Below, in pieces: positions 10,021 through 18,480 of a stretch of DNA of 64,000 nt (position 1 is its first letter; each line of letters begins with the position of its first letter). Source of the DNA: Bacteroidales bacterium. Its GTDB lineage: Bacteria > Bacteroidota > Bacteroidia > Bacteroidales > UBA932. A program made the translations under genes and the position numbers. The stretch spans positions 6,004 to 70,003 of the forward strand of contig JALFFZ010000054.1 in the NCBI GenBank assembly GCA_022777585.1, given 5' to 3'. Below the pieces are notes generated by a model. That model was not told the DNA's origin, made no database searches, and worked only from the letters and a program-made list of their open reading frames with translations.

Positions 10021-11151
10021 TTGATTGTGGTCAATAATATCATTTCCCTGGCATTGACTTTCCTTCTCTGCCTTCCTTGTGCTGCTGCCGGCATTGCCCG
10101 CAGCAGGGGAGTGGAGCAAAGAAGCGGAAAGCCCTTGAGAGTGGCCCTTGTGGGCGACCCTCAGGTGGACAATGCCGGGGAATTGGATTTTGCCCGGAGG
10201 TCTGTCATCAAAGAACTGGCAGGGCGGAAAGACATTGATCTGGCTGTATTCCTCGGCGATATAGTCAATGATGCTCCCGGCCTTCTGACTCCGATGAAGC
10301 AGAGTCTTGACAGCCTTCCTTTTCCATATTGCTGCATTCCCGGAAATCACGATGACCCTGATGTCTTCAGGTCTGTTTTCGGATATCGGGATACATCTTT
10401 CGCCGTCCGCGGAATCAGGTTTGTACTGATAGACAACTCATCCGGTACTCTTTCTGCGGAGCAGAAACGGAATCTTTCCGGTTATCTGGGCATCAAGTCT
10501 GCCAGGACCGTCCTCTGCACCCATATCCCATTGAAATTCTGCCGCGATTCCTCGTTTGAAACTGTCACCTTGCAGAATGACCTTCTGCTTGTCAGCGCTC
10601 ATCTTCACCGGGTTTTCAGAGAAACCTATCAGTCCGGAAATGAGGAGATTTCCGTCGGAGCATCCTGTGGCAGCTGGTGGCGCGGCCCTCTTCGGGACGG
10701 CATTCCGTACGCATTGATGAACTGCGGGGCCCCAAGAGGTTATTTCATTGCGGATTTTCGTAGAAACGGCAATTATTCATTGTCCTATAAAGCCATCGGA
10801 CTTCCTGACCGCGAGCAGGCTTCATTGGCCAGGACTGCGGACAGCATTTTTGTCAATGTTTGGGGAGGCTCGCCTGACGCAAAAGTTTCTTTGAGGGCAC
10901 TGGCAGGCGGCAGGACAATCAAGAGGCGGTGCAGTCTTTCCCATTCCGTGGCCCCTGAGGTTATGGAGGTGATAAGGACCAATTCGGCAGCAGGGGCGCA
11001 GTGGCGGAAAACTCACAGGGATGAATTCATCCCTCTTCGGAAAATATCTTCTTCGCATCTGTGGTCCTGTCCTGCTGAAGGGGAGATTGGCAATGTGGTG
11101 ATTCGTTACCGGGACAGGAGAATGAAATTCAAACAGCATGACAAGGTGTAA
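10021..11151 (+). CDS. Calcineurin-like metallophosphoesterase (secreted)
   Basis: Motifs GDPQ, LGDI, PGNHD, HIP, AHLH; GASCGSWW..GAPRGY C-terminal pattern; signal-like N-terminus. Start codon uncertain (TTG 10021 or GTG 10027). Confidence 0.8.
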   Translation: MIVVNNIISLALTFLLCLPCAAAGIARSRGVEQRSGKPLRVALVGDPQVDNAGELDFARRSVIKELAGRKDIDLAVFLGDIVNDAPGLLTPMKQSLDSLPFPYCCIPGNHDDPDVFRSVFGYRDTSFAVRGIRFVLIDNSSGTLSAEQKRNLSGYLGIKSARTVLCTHIPLKFCRDSSFETVTLQNDLLLVSAHLHRVFRETYQSGNEEISVGASCGSWWRGPLRDGIPYALMNCGAPRGYFIADFRRNGNYSLSYKAIGLPDREQASLARTADSIFVNVWGGSPDAKVSLRALAGGRTIKRRCSLSHSVAPEVMEVIRTNSAAGAQWRKTHRDEFIPLRKISSSHLWSCPAEGEIGNVVIRYRDRRMKFKQHDKV

Positions 11152-13636
11152 ATTATTGCTGAACACTGTTTTGGCTCTATCTTCAATCTCATTCAGCGCA
11201 TCGGCGGCAGCTGTGGCCGACTCCACTTCGAAAGCCGGAGGCAAGTATGAGAAGACGTTCGTCAATGACCCCTCCTGCGTAAGCTATTCCAATGCGGACG
11301 GCTTCGTCAAGTTCCATAAAGTCTCAGGCAAACTGTATATGGAACTTTCAGACCGTGCCATCGGCAAGAGAATGCTGATGGCCTCGACAGTGACCGCTGT
11401 CAGCGACCCTGAGGTGCTGCCTGTGGGATATAAGCCGACAAAGCCTCTGTATGTCAGGTTTGAACGTCCTGACAGCCTTGTGATAAACCTTTGCGAGATA
11501 ACGCTTCTGCCTGACTATGACAAGACGGATTCCGCACTTTCGGCCGCGGTCAGGCGTACGACTCTTGACACCGTTCTGGAGACCTTCCCTCTTTACTGCG
11601 AATCCCCGGACGGAGATGCTGCCGTTTTCGATGTCACCTCATTTTTCGGCGGCGGGAATGAGAAACTCGGCCCGGTCAAGTCCGGCACTTCGAATTACAT
11701 CTCTACCAAATTTTCTCTGAAAAAGGCTTCCGATCTCGTGACAGGGGTCAAGGTCTTTGAGGACAATGCTGCCGTGACATCATCTCATACATATACCATT
11801 AATTCGGATGTCCTCGGCCTGGTCAGCCTGAAGAAGGATGAACCGTTCACTGTTACGACGACACGCACGATTCTGATGCTGCCGGACGACATTATGGCGT
11901 CACGCAAGGCGGACTCTCGAATCGGCATTTTCCTCACCGACAGGAGACTGCTCAGGGATGGTGAGGAAATAGATAAGTACTCTGTCATAAACCGTTGGCG
12001 TATAGAACCTTCTGATACTGCTGCCTATCTTGGGGGAGAATGTGTGGAGCCTGAGGAACATATTGTTTTCTACATTGATGACGCATTTCCGTCCAAATGG
12101 AAAGATGCGGCGGTGCGCGGTGTCCTCAGGTGGAATTCCGCATTCGAGGATATTGGCTTCAAGGATGTCATCCAGGTCAGGGATTTTCCGGATGACGACC
12201 CTGAGTTTGACCCTGACAATCTGAAATATTCGTGCATAAGGTATGTGCCATCCACCGTTGCCAATGCCATGGGCCCTTCCTGGGTTGACCCTGTGTCCGG
12301 CGAGATAATCAATGCTTCAGTAATCGTTTACAATGACGTAGTGTCTCTTGCAGGCGGCTGGCGTTTCTGCCAGACTGCCCAGCTCGATCCGCGGGCGAGG
12401 CTTGCCCAGATGCCTCAGGATTTGCTTGAAGAGACAATCGAATATGTTCTGGCTCATGAAGTTGGACATTGTCTCGGTTTCATGCACAATATGGCGGCGT
12501 CAGCGGCCTGGCCGACAGATTCATTGCGGAGCCCGTCATTCACGCGGGCCAATGGCACTACCGCCTCGATAATGGATTATGCCAGATTCAATTACGTTGC
12601 GCAGCCGGAGGATATCGGGGTGTCTCTTGATCCTCCATACCTTGGACCTTACGACCGTTTCCTTGTGAAATACGCCTACTCTTTCATCCCGGAAGATGCA
12701 GATTCCGTGGTGGAGCGCTGGGTGGACGAAAAGGCTGGCGATCCCGTCTACAGATATGGCAGACAGCAGGTAAAAGCAAGATATGATCCAAGCGCAATCG
12801 AAGAGGATCTAGGCAATGACCCTGTCAGGTCATCGGAATATGGAATCTCCAATCTCAAATATATAATAGCCCATAACGGGGAGTGGGCTGATGATGCAAC
12901 CGATCCGGACGGCAAGTTGCGAAGAGAACGTTATAAGCTGATAGTCAAGCAGATGGGCCGCTATCTTTCGGCGGTTGCGGCCAATGTCGGAGGTATCTAT
13001 CTTAATCAGGTCAAGTCCGGGGTATCCTCTTTGGAGCCAGCCGTTGCAGTGCCTGCCGGAGTTCAGAAGGAATCATTGGAATGGGTGCTGGACAATTTGC
13101 TCGATATGGATTGGCTATCGGCGGAAGCTGCTTCTTGTCCAAGGATTCTCGCCGTCGATGAGGCTGACATCCTTGTCTTCAATACAGCCTCGGATCTGTT
13201 CTCCACATGGGAAAATGTCATTATCAGTTCATATATGGCACGAGATGATATATTCACGCTCGTTGACTGGCTTAAGACCATTGATTCCGTAATCTGGAGG
13301 GGAGACCTTACCCCGGATCGTATGACGATACAGAAGATATATGTCAACTCCCTTGTCTCGGCGGCATCCAGGAAGACCAGCATATCCAAATTGTCCCTTC
13401 TTTCAGATGATTTGTCTTCAGGGAGCCTGCCGGCTGACGATTCTTTCGGACCTGCCGGATACTCCTGGCAGACTAAAGTCAACATCAAGCCTGTCAACAA
13501 TGCCAAGGAATTATTTTCATTTGAATTGTGTGAACTGCAGAACAGATTGAAAAAACTTCTCCGCTCCGCGAAGAATGAAGTTGCCAAAGCTCATTATCTA
13601 TCCCTGATAGATGCGATAGAATCTGAGGCTCAGTAG
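11138..13636 (+). CDS. Zinc-dependent metalloprotease (DUF5117/DUF5118/EcxA-type metzincin)
   Basis: HEVGHCLGFMHN zinc motif, Met-turn SIMDY, NAMGPSWVDP..GEII, signal peptide. Confidence 0.9.
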   Translation: MTRCKLLLNTVLALSSISFSASAAAVADSTSKAGGKYEKTFVNDPSCVSYSNADGFVKFHKVSGKLYMELSDRAIGKRMLMASTVTAVSDPEVLPVGYKPTKPLYVRFERPDSLVINLCEITLLPDYDKTDSALSAAVRRTTLDTVLETFPLYCESPDGDAAVFDVTSFFGGGNEKLGPVKSGTSNYISTKFSLKKASDLVTGVKVFEDNAAVTSSHTYTINSDVLGLVSLKKDEPFTVTTTRTILMLPDDIMASRKADSRIGIFLTDRRLLRDGEEIDKYSVINRWRIEPSDTAAYLGGECVEPEEHIVFYIDDAFPSKWKDAAVRGVLRWNSAFEDIGFKDVIQVRDFPDDDPEFDPDNLKYSCIRYVPSTVANAMGPSWVDPVSGEIINASVIVYNDVVSLAGGWRFCQTAQLDPRARLAQMPQDLLEETIEYVLAHEVGHCLGFMHNMAASAAWPTDSLRSPSFTRANGTTASIMDYARFNYVAQPEDIGVSLDPPYLGPYDRFLVKYAYSFIPEDADSVVERWVDEKAGDPVYRYGRQQVKARYDPSAIEEDLGNDPVRSSEYGISNLKYIIAHNGEWADDATDPDGKLRRERYKLIVKQMGRYLSAVAANVGGIYLNQVKSGVSSLEPAVAVPAGVQKESLEWVLDNLLDMDWLSAEAASCPRILAVDEADILVFNTASDLFSTWENVIISSYMARDDIFTLVDWLKTIDSVIWRGDLTPDRMTIQKIYVNSLVSAASRKTSISKLSLLSDDLSSGSLPADDSFGPAGYSWQTKVNIKPVNNAKELFSFELCELQNRLKKLLRSAKNEVAKAHYLSLIDAIESEAQ

Positions 13637-14520
13637 GATTTCATTGTCCCGAACTTATACCTTATGCTCCATTCCGCGCTTTCGCCGGGCTCTATATGAA
13701 ATTTGATGTAGGGCTCCAGGCAGGCGACTTCGTGATTGCACCAGAATACGGCATAGTCCATCGTGGCATCGGAGGATGCGTCCACGGTCAGTCCCTTGGC
13801 CCGGTTCAGGAGGCGGAACGAATAATTGCGCTGAGGCTCAGGTCCTTGCAGGTCTCCCATAAAGACGCTTTCTCCCGGTTCCAGATCACGGGTAAAGCGT
13901 ATTCCGCTGTCAGTGAGATGTACGCAGTCATATTCGCTGCGCCAATGTCCTGAAGGCTTGAATGGGAGGTCGAATTCCGTATCCCTGCCGGTGAATGCGC
14001 CGTCCAGGACGAAGAAATTGTGATTGTATGTCTGGAAATCCATCGCCTTACAGCCGAGATTGACCAGCTTATGTTCAATCACCAGACCGCCGTCTTCTTC
14101 TATGGAAACCTTCTTCACATAGTTGTAGCCATATTTTCCGTAATTCAGCCTCTGCCCGAATACGGCGCTGCCATCATTGTGATTGAAACTGCGCTCTCCT
14201 TCATCAATGATTTCATAAAGCTTGAATCGGTCATACGGCTCCGCATCCCTCCGGAGTATTCCGACCCCGATTTTCAGGAAGCCTTCTCCTGCTTCCGCCT
14301 CGTCGTAGCCGATCTGGGTGAATTCCTCCGCGGGGCCGCCGACAGCATCGTGCTTGAGCGGGTCATATTGCAGGAACCACTGGCTTACATACTGTCTGCC
14401 CGCATTGCTCAGGGTCAGGATAATCCCGCTTCTGTCAAATCTTGTTCCTCTGTAATACGGGTTCTCAATGTCCTCGCGGACCAGTCCGAGGCTCGTCGGT
14501 CCATTGTGCAGCTCAATCAT
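13630..14520 (-). CDS. Galactose mutarotase-like (aldose epimerase fold) protein
   Basis: ATG at 14520 overlaps the GntR stop (TGATG); YNHNFF and C-terminal VFW..ACLEPY..PGE..W resemble mutarotase His and Glu motifs. Confidence 0.6.
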   Translation of the reverse strand: MIELHNGPTSLGLVREDIENPYYRGTRFDRSGIILTLSNAGRQYVSQWFLQYDPLKHDAVGGPAEEFTQIGYDEAEAGEGFLKIGVGILRRDAEPYDRFKLYEIIDEGERSFNHNDGSAVFGQRLNYGKYGYNYVKKVSIEEDGGLVIEHKLVNLGCKAMDFQTYNHNFFVLDGAFTGRDTEFDLPFKPSGHWRSEYDCVHLTDSGIRFTRDLEPGESVFMGDLQGPEPQRNYSFRLLNRAKGLTVDASSDATMDYAVFWCNHEVACLEPYIKFHIEPGESAEWSIRYKFGTMKSY

Positions 14521-15542
14521 CAGAATGTATTCCTTTTGTTCATCTTGAAGTCTATGTGCTTTTTCCACAGGGTTTTTGCATTGACCATCCTGGCTATCTC
14601 GCGCCCCATTTCATTGAAATCAGTCGAGATTGTGGTAAGCCCGTTGAGGACTACGCGGTCGATAGGCGAGTCATTGTAGGAAATGATGTAGTAGTCTGTA
14701 CCGACAGTCATTCCTTTCGCATTGTCGACGAGAGAGATTAGACCGGGGTCAAGCTGGCTGGTCAGCACGAGGAAGGCATCGCCCTTCCTGACTTTCTCGG
14801 GAGCACAACTCATAAACTCGACCTCGATTCCGTTCTCCCGGCAGAATTCGCTGATTTTTCTCTGAATCAGAGAACCGTAGAGGGATGTCGGGAGCGTGAT
14901 GACATTGAGTTTACCTATGGTTTTCAATTTCCTCAGACCCTGTTCCAGACCTGCAGCGACGTCGTTCTCGAAGTCCTGGTAGGCGGCGCCGAAATTACCG
15001 ATCATGCCAGGCATCAGTCTGTCCACCATTATAAGCTTCTGATTCGGAATCCTCTTTATTATCTTCATAGCCTTTTCCTGGACATTCGGGTCAAGGCTGA
15101 AGTGCGGTGATACTATGTAGTAGTCGTATCTTCCGAGATTCTCATTTATGAAATACTCGAACAGGGTTATGTCCTGGTTGAACAGAAGAATGGTGTCCTC
15201 CGACTTCACTGTCAGCACCTGGTGGAAGCCGTGGACAATCTCCTGCTTGTATATGCTGAACTTGTCCATAAGGAAAAGTACTGAAACACTGTCTTTTGTG
15301 GAGTCGTCAGCGACATAGAAGCCTTTTCCCTGCTTTGCCTCCAGAATGCCGTTTTTACTGAGAATGTTATAGGCACGCTTCACTGTTTCCTTGGAAATGC
15401 GGAGTTCATCCGCAAGAGCATTCATGGACGGAACAAGCTCACCTGCCTTGAGGCTGCCTTTCCTTACGGCCTCCGTAACCGCATCCACGAGCTGGCGGTA
15501 AACAGCGGCCTTGCTGTTCGTATCAATATTGAACCGAATCAT
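14520..15542 (-). CDS. GntR-family regulator with periplasmic-binding-protein-like effector domain (FucR/AraR-like)
   Basis: wHTH VYRQL..GELVPS..LA..L.ISKETVKRAY..L..GKGFYV; C-terminal IISYND..LTTISTDF..MG. Confidence 0.9.
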   Translation of the reverse strand: MIRFNIDTNSKAAVYRQLVDAVTEAVRKGSLKAGELVPSMNALADELRISKETVKRAYNILSKNGILEAKQGKGFYVADDSTKDSVSVLFLMDKFSIYKQEIVHGFHQVLTVKSEDTILLFNQDITLFEYFINENLGRYDYYIVSPHFSLDPNVQEKAMKIIKRIPNQKLIMVDRLMPGMIGNFGAAYQDFENDVAAGLEQGLRKLKTIGKLNVITLPTSLYGSLIQRKISEFCRENGIEVEFMSCAPEKVRKGDAFLVLTSQLDPGLISLVDNAKGMTVGTDYYIISYNDSPIDRVVLNGLTTISTDFNEMGREIARMVNAKTLWKKHIDFKMNKRNTF

Positions 15543-15574
15543 AGAAAATGCGAAAAACTTAACTTTGGTATAGT

Positions 15575-15582
15575 CAAATATA
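15575..15582 (-). promoter_or_regulatory. -7 box (TATATTTG) of the gntR promoter
   Basis: CAAATATA on + strand, an exact TAnnTTTG on the - strand, 32 nt upstream of the gntR start. Confidence 0.65.
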
Positions 15583-15643
15583 CTACATTTTTCTTAAAAT
15601 CAAGCACTTCAGGGCATTATTTGCAAATTTTCTCAAAATACTG

Positions 15644-15658
15644 TGGTGTGGTGTGGTA
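15644..15658. promoter_or_regulatory. TGGTR x3 direct repeat, candidate GntR operator
   Basis: TGGTG-TGGTG-TGGTA at the -33 position of the MFS promoter; a related TGGTA-TAGT lies at 15566-15574. Confidence 0.5.
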
Positions 15659-15675
15659 TTTTAAAGAAAAAGTGC

Positions 15676-15683
15676 TATATTTG
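15676..15683 (+). promoter_or_regulatory. -7 box (TATATTTG) of the MFS-isomerase operon promoter
   Basis: Exact TAnnTTTG 15 nt upstream of ATG 15699. Confidence 0.7.
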
Positions 15684-15698
15684 CAAAAATTAAAAATT

Positions 15699-17000
15699 AT
15701 GGCAATGAATTCCGAAAGTCCTGTACAAACCGGAACCCTGGAGAAGTCCTGGGTCAAATGGGAGGTTCTGCTCCTTCTCTGGATGGCCTATCTCCTCAAT
15801 CAGGGAGACCGTCAGGTTTTCAACACGGTTCTTCCTTCCATAAGGGAAGCCCTGTCACTTACGGATACATCAGTCGGTCTGATTGCAACCATCTTCAACC
15901 TTTTCTATGCATTCATGGTTCCTCTCGGAGGCTGGGCGGGTGACCGTTTCAGCCGTAAATGGGTGGTTACCATCTCTATATTGTTCTGGAGTGTTGCCAC
16001 AATGTTCACCGGACTCGCCAATGGAGTCTTTCTCCTTGTGATGATGAGGAGCGTAGCTACAGGCGGCGGTGAAGCGTTCTTCGGCCCGGCTAACTATTCG
16101 CTTCTGGGTCAATATCATACTGATACAAGAGCCCGGGCAATGTCCATCCACCAGACTGCCTATTATGTGGGGGTGATTCTGGCAGGATGGCTCGCCGGGG
16201 CGATTGCCGATTACTTTGACACGCTTAACCCGGGAAATGGCTGGAAGTATTCCTTCATCATCTTCGGAGCCGCCGGCATCATCTGGGGCATACTGATGGC
16301 TGTCCGCCTGAAGGACAAGCCTTTGTCAAAGGAGGAAATCGCAGCCAGGGATGCTGCCAGACCTGGTATCCTGGACGGATTCAAGACAGTGTTCACGACG
16401 CCTACAGCCGCAGTGCTGACCATAGGTTTTTCCGGACTGATATTCGTGATTACCGGTTATATGACCTGGATTCCTGCCTTCCTTCAGGAGGAACTTGGCC
16501 AGAGCCAGGCTGCTGCCGGTTTCAATTCAATGTTCTGGACCTATGTCGCGGCGTTCATCGGAGTGTTGATTGCCGGCGGGCTTTCCGACAGACTTGCCAG
16601 GAAGCATCACCGCTCAAGGATGATTCTCCAGGCCCTCGGACTCATTGGCGGAGCACTGCCCCTGCTGTTCATGTCCCACAGCAAGGTGCTCTGGGTGCTC
16701 TACCTGTGCTTCGCCGTATGGGGTTTCTTCAGGGCATTCTTCGATGCCAATACATACGCGGTCCTCTATGACGTGACGCCTGAGCCGCTTCACGCATCCT
16801 GCTCAAGCGCGATGATTACCACCGGATTCGCGGTAGGTGCCCTCGCCCCTGTTGTTCTCGGCGCGATGAAGCAGAGTCTCGGCAGCCTCCAGGCTACATT
16901 CCCGGTTTTGGGAATCATATGGTTGGTATGCGGAGTATTGATGGCTGTAGTCAGCTATACTCATTACCAGAAGGATTATGACAAAATGAACAATCGTTAA
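15699..17000 (+). CDS. MFS sugar/organic-anion transporter
   Basis: About 12 hydrophobic helices; NQGDRQ; motif A GWAGDRFSRK and second-half GLSDRLARK. Start moved to ATG 15699, downstream of the promoter. Confidence 0.92.
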   Translation: MAMNSESPVQTGTLEKSWVKWEVLLLLWMAYLLNQGDRQVFNTVLPSIREALSLTDTSVGLIATIFNLFYAFMVPLGGWAGDRFSRKWVVTISILFWSVATMFTGLANGVFLLVMMRSVATGGGEAFFGPANYSLLGQYHTDTRARAMSIHQTAYYVGVILAGWLAGAIADYFDTLNPGNGWKYSFIIFGAAGIIWGILMAVRLKDKPLSKEEIAARDAARPGILDGFKTVFTTPTAAVLTIGFSGLIFVITGYMTWIPAFLQEELGQSQAAAGFNSMFWTYVAAFIGVLIAGGLSDRLARKHHRSRMILQALGLIGGALPLLFMSHSKVLWVLYLCFAVWGFFRAFFDANTYAVLYDVTPEPLHASCSSAMITTGFAVGALAPVVLGAMKQSLGSLQATFPVLGIIWLVCGVLMAVVSYTHYQKDYDKMNNR

Positions 17001-17004
17001 TCAG

Positions 17005-18444
17005 ATGATAAAGGAAGCTAAGATCAGGAAGCCGAAGGCAGGTCTGCTGCTTGTGGCTTCACCCAGGTTCAAGAACCTCTCCGGGCCGAAAAGAGGGACA
17101 TACGGCGAGAAGAAGGAAGCCGTATCGAGGCAAATCGTCGAATCGCTTAATTTCATTGACATAGAATATCCCGGGATTGTATATGAAAGGGAGGATGCAC
17201 AGCGTGCGATGGATCTCTTCTACAATGCCAAGGTTGATTTCATCATTGCGGAGTTCCTGTCCTGGAGCGAGGATTTCGCATGGATAAGGTTCCTGAGGGA
17301 TTGTCCTGACATTCCTGTAATCTTCGTCAATGTCGCAAAGGACAGGATGGCCTTCGAGACTACCCTGGATGAGGACGATTTCGTGGAATATCTCTGCTCA
17401 GGCACGCTTGTGGGCTCTCTTGAGGCTTCCGGTTCCGTTGTCAGAGTACCGAGGAAGAACGTGAAAATCGTGATGGGAAGCAGGGCGGAGGTCAATGAGG
17501 AAATCCGCAGGTTCTCCCGCGCCGCCCTGGCCAGGACAATTCTCCGTGGCTCGAATCTCGGTCTTATGGCCAATATGAACGAGGCTATGTGGTCAACATA
17601 CATTGACAATTATGATCTTTTCACCAGAATCGGTCCAGAGATTCATTATCTTCCGTATTCCGACTACAAGGAGATTCTCGATGCTCTCGAAGAGGCAGAG
17701 GTGAAGGAATATGCCGATGAACTGACTTCCAGATTCAAGATGATGGAAGATGTGGAGTATGACAAGTTCATCGGTTGTGTGAGGGCCTCATTGGCATTGA
17801 AGAAGATGGCAGAGGCCAATGACATTGACGTTATGGTTTACAATGACATCGATCAGGCTACGTTCAAGGTCAGCGGCTGCCGCGCAGGGTTTTATCACGA
17901 CTGGTTCAATCAGAATCTCAGCGTGCTGGTTCCTGAGGCTGATATGGGAGCCGGTCTCGCCACGTTTGTGCTGAAGATTGTTTCAGGAGGACACGTGAAT
18001 TTCATTGAGCCTTTCCACATTGAGACTGATTTCGGGACATTCGCTGCCGGTCACGCCGGACCGAATGATCACAATGATCCTGCATGGAAGGACAATGTTC
18101 TGATTGCCAGGGATGTACGCTTTGCCAAGACAAAGTGGAAATATGCAGGAGCTCCATTCGGGTGGTACCGTTTCAGCCCTGGAATGAAGACAGTTACCGG
18201 TATCTACGAGCAGGACGGGAAGTACAAGATGGTATGTTTCCAGGCCGAGTCCCTGCCTGGCGACCATGTACTTGCAACATATTCCCACAGTATGTTCCGC
18301 CCGGTTGTCCCTGTCAAGGAACTGTTTGAGAGACTGCTGAAAATCGGTGTCACACAGCATTATGCCATTGTGGACGGTGACTGGAGGGCAGAACTTGCAG
18401 ATTTCGCCGAGATTATGGGATTTGAGTTTTATGATATCAGATAA
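17005..18444 (+). CDS. L-arabinose/L-fucose isomerase-fold sugar isomerase
   Basis: Candidate metal ligands PEAD, NFIEP, AGHAG and TQHYAI align by eye with the AraA E/E/H/H set; about 480 aa. Confidence 0.72.
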   Translation: MIKEAKIRKPKAGLLLVASPRFKNLSGPKRGTYGEKKEAVSRQIVESLNFIDIEYPGIVYEREDAQRAMDLFYNAKVDFIIAEFLSWSEDFAWIRFLRDCPDIPVIFVNVAKDRMAFETTLDEDDFVEYLCSGTLVGSLEASGSVVRVPRKNVKIVMGSRAEVNEEIRRFSRAALARTILRGSNLGLMANMNEAMWSTYIDNYDLFTRIGPEIHYLPYSDYKEILDALEEAEVKEYADELTSRFKMMEDVEYDKFIGCVRASLALKKMAEANDIDVMVYNDIDQATFKVSGCRAGFYHDWFNQNLSVLVPEADMGAGLATFVLKIVSGGHVNFIEPFHIETDFGTFAAGHAGPNDHNDPAWKDNVLIARDVRFAKTKWKYAGAPFGWYRFSPGMKTVTGIYEQDGKYKMVCFQAESLPGDHVLATYSHSMFRPVVPVKELFERLLKIGVTQHYAIVDGDWRAELADFAEIMGFEFYDIR

Positions 18445-18480
18445 ATATTTGAGTGCTAACTATATAGGAGATATATACCA

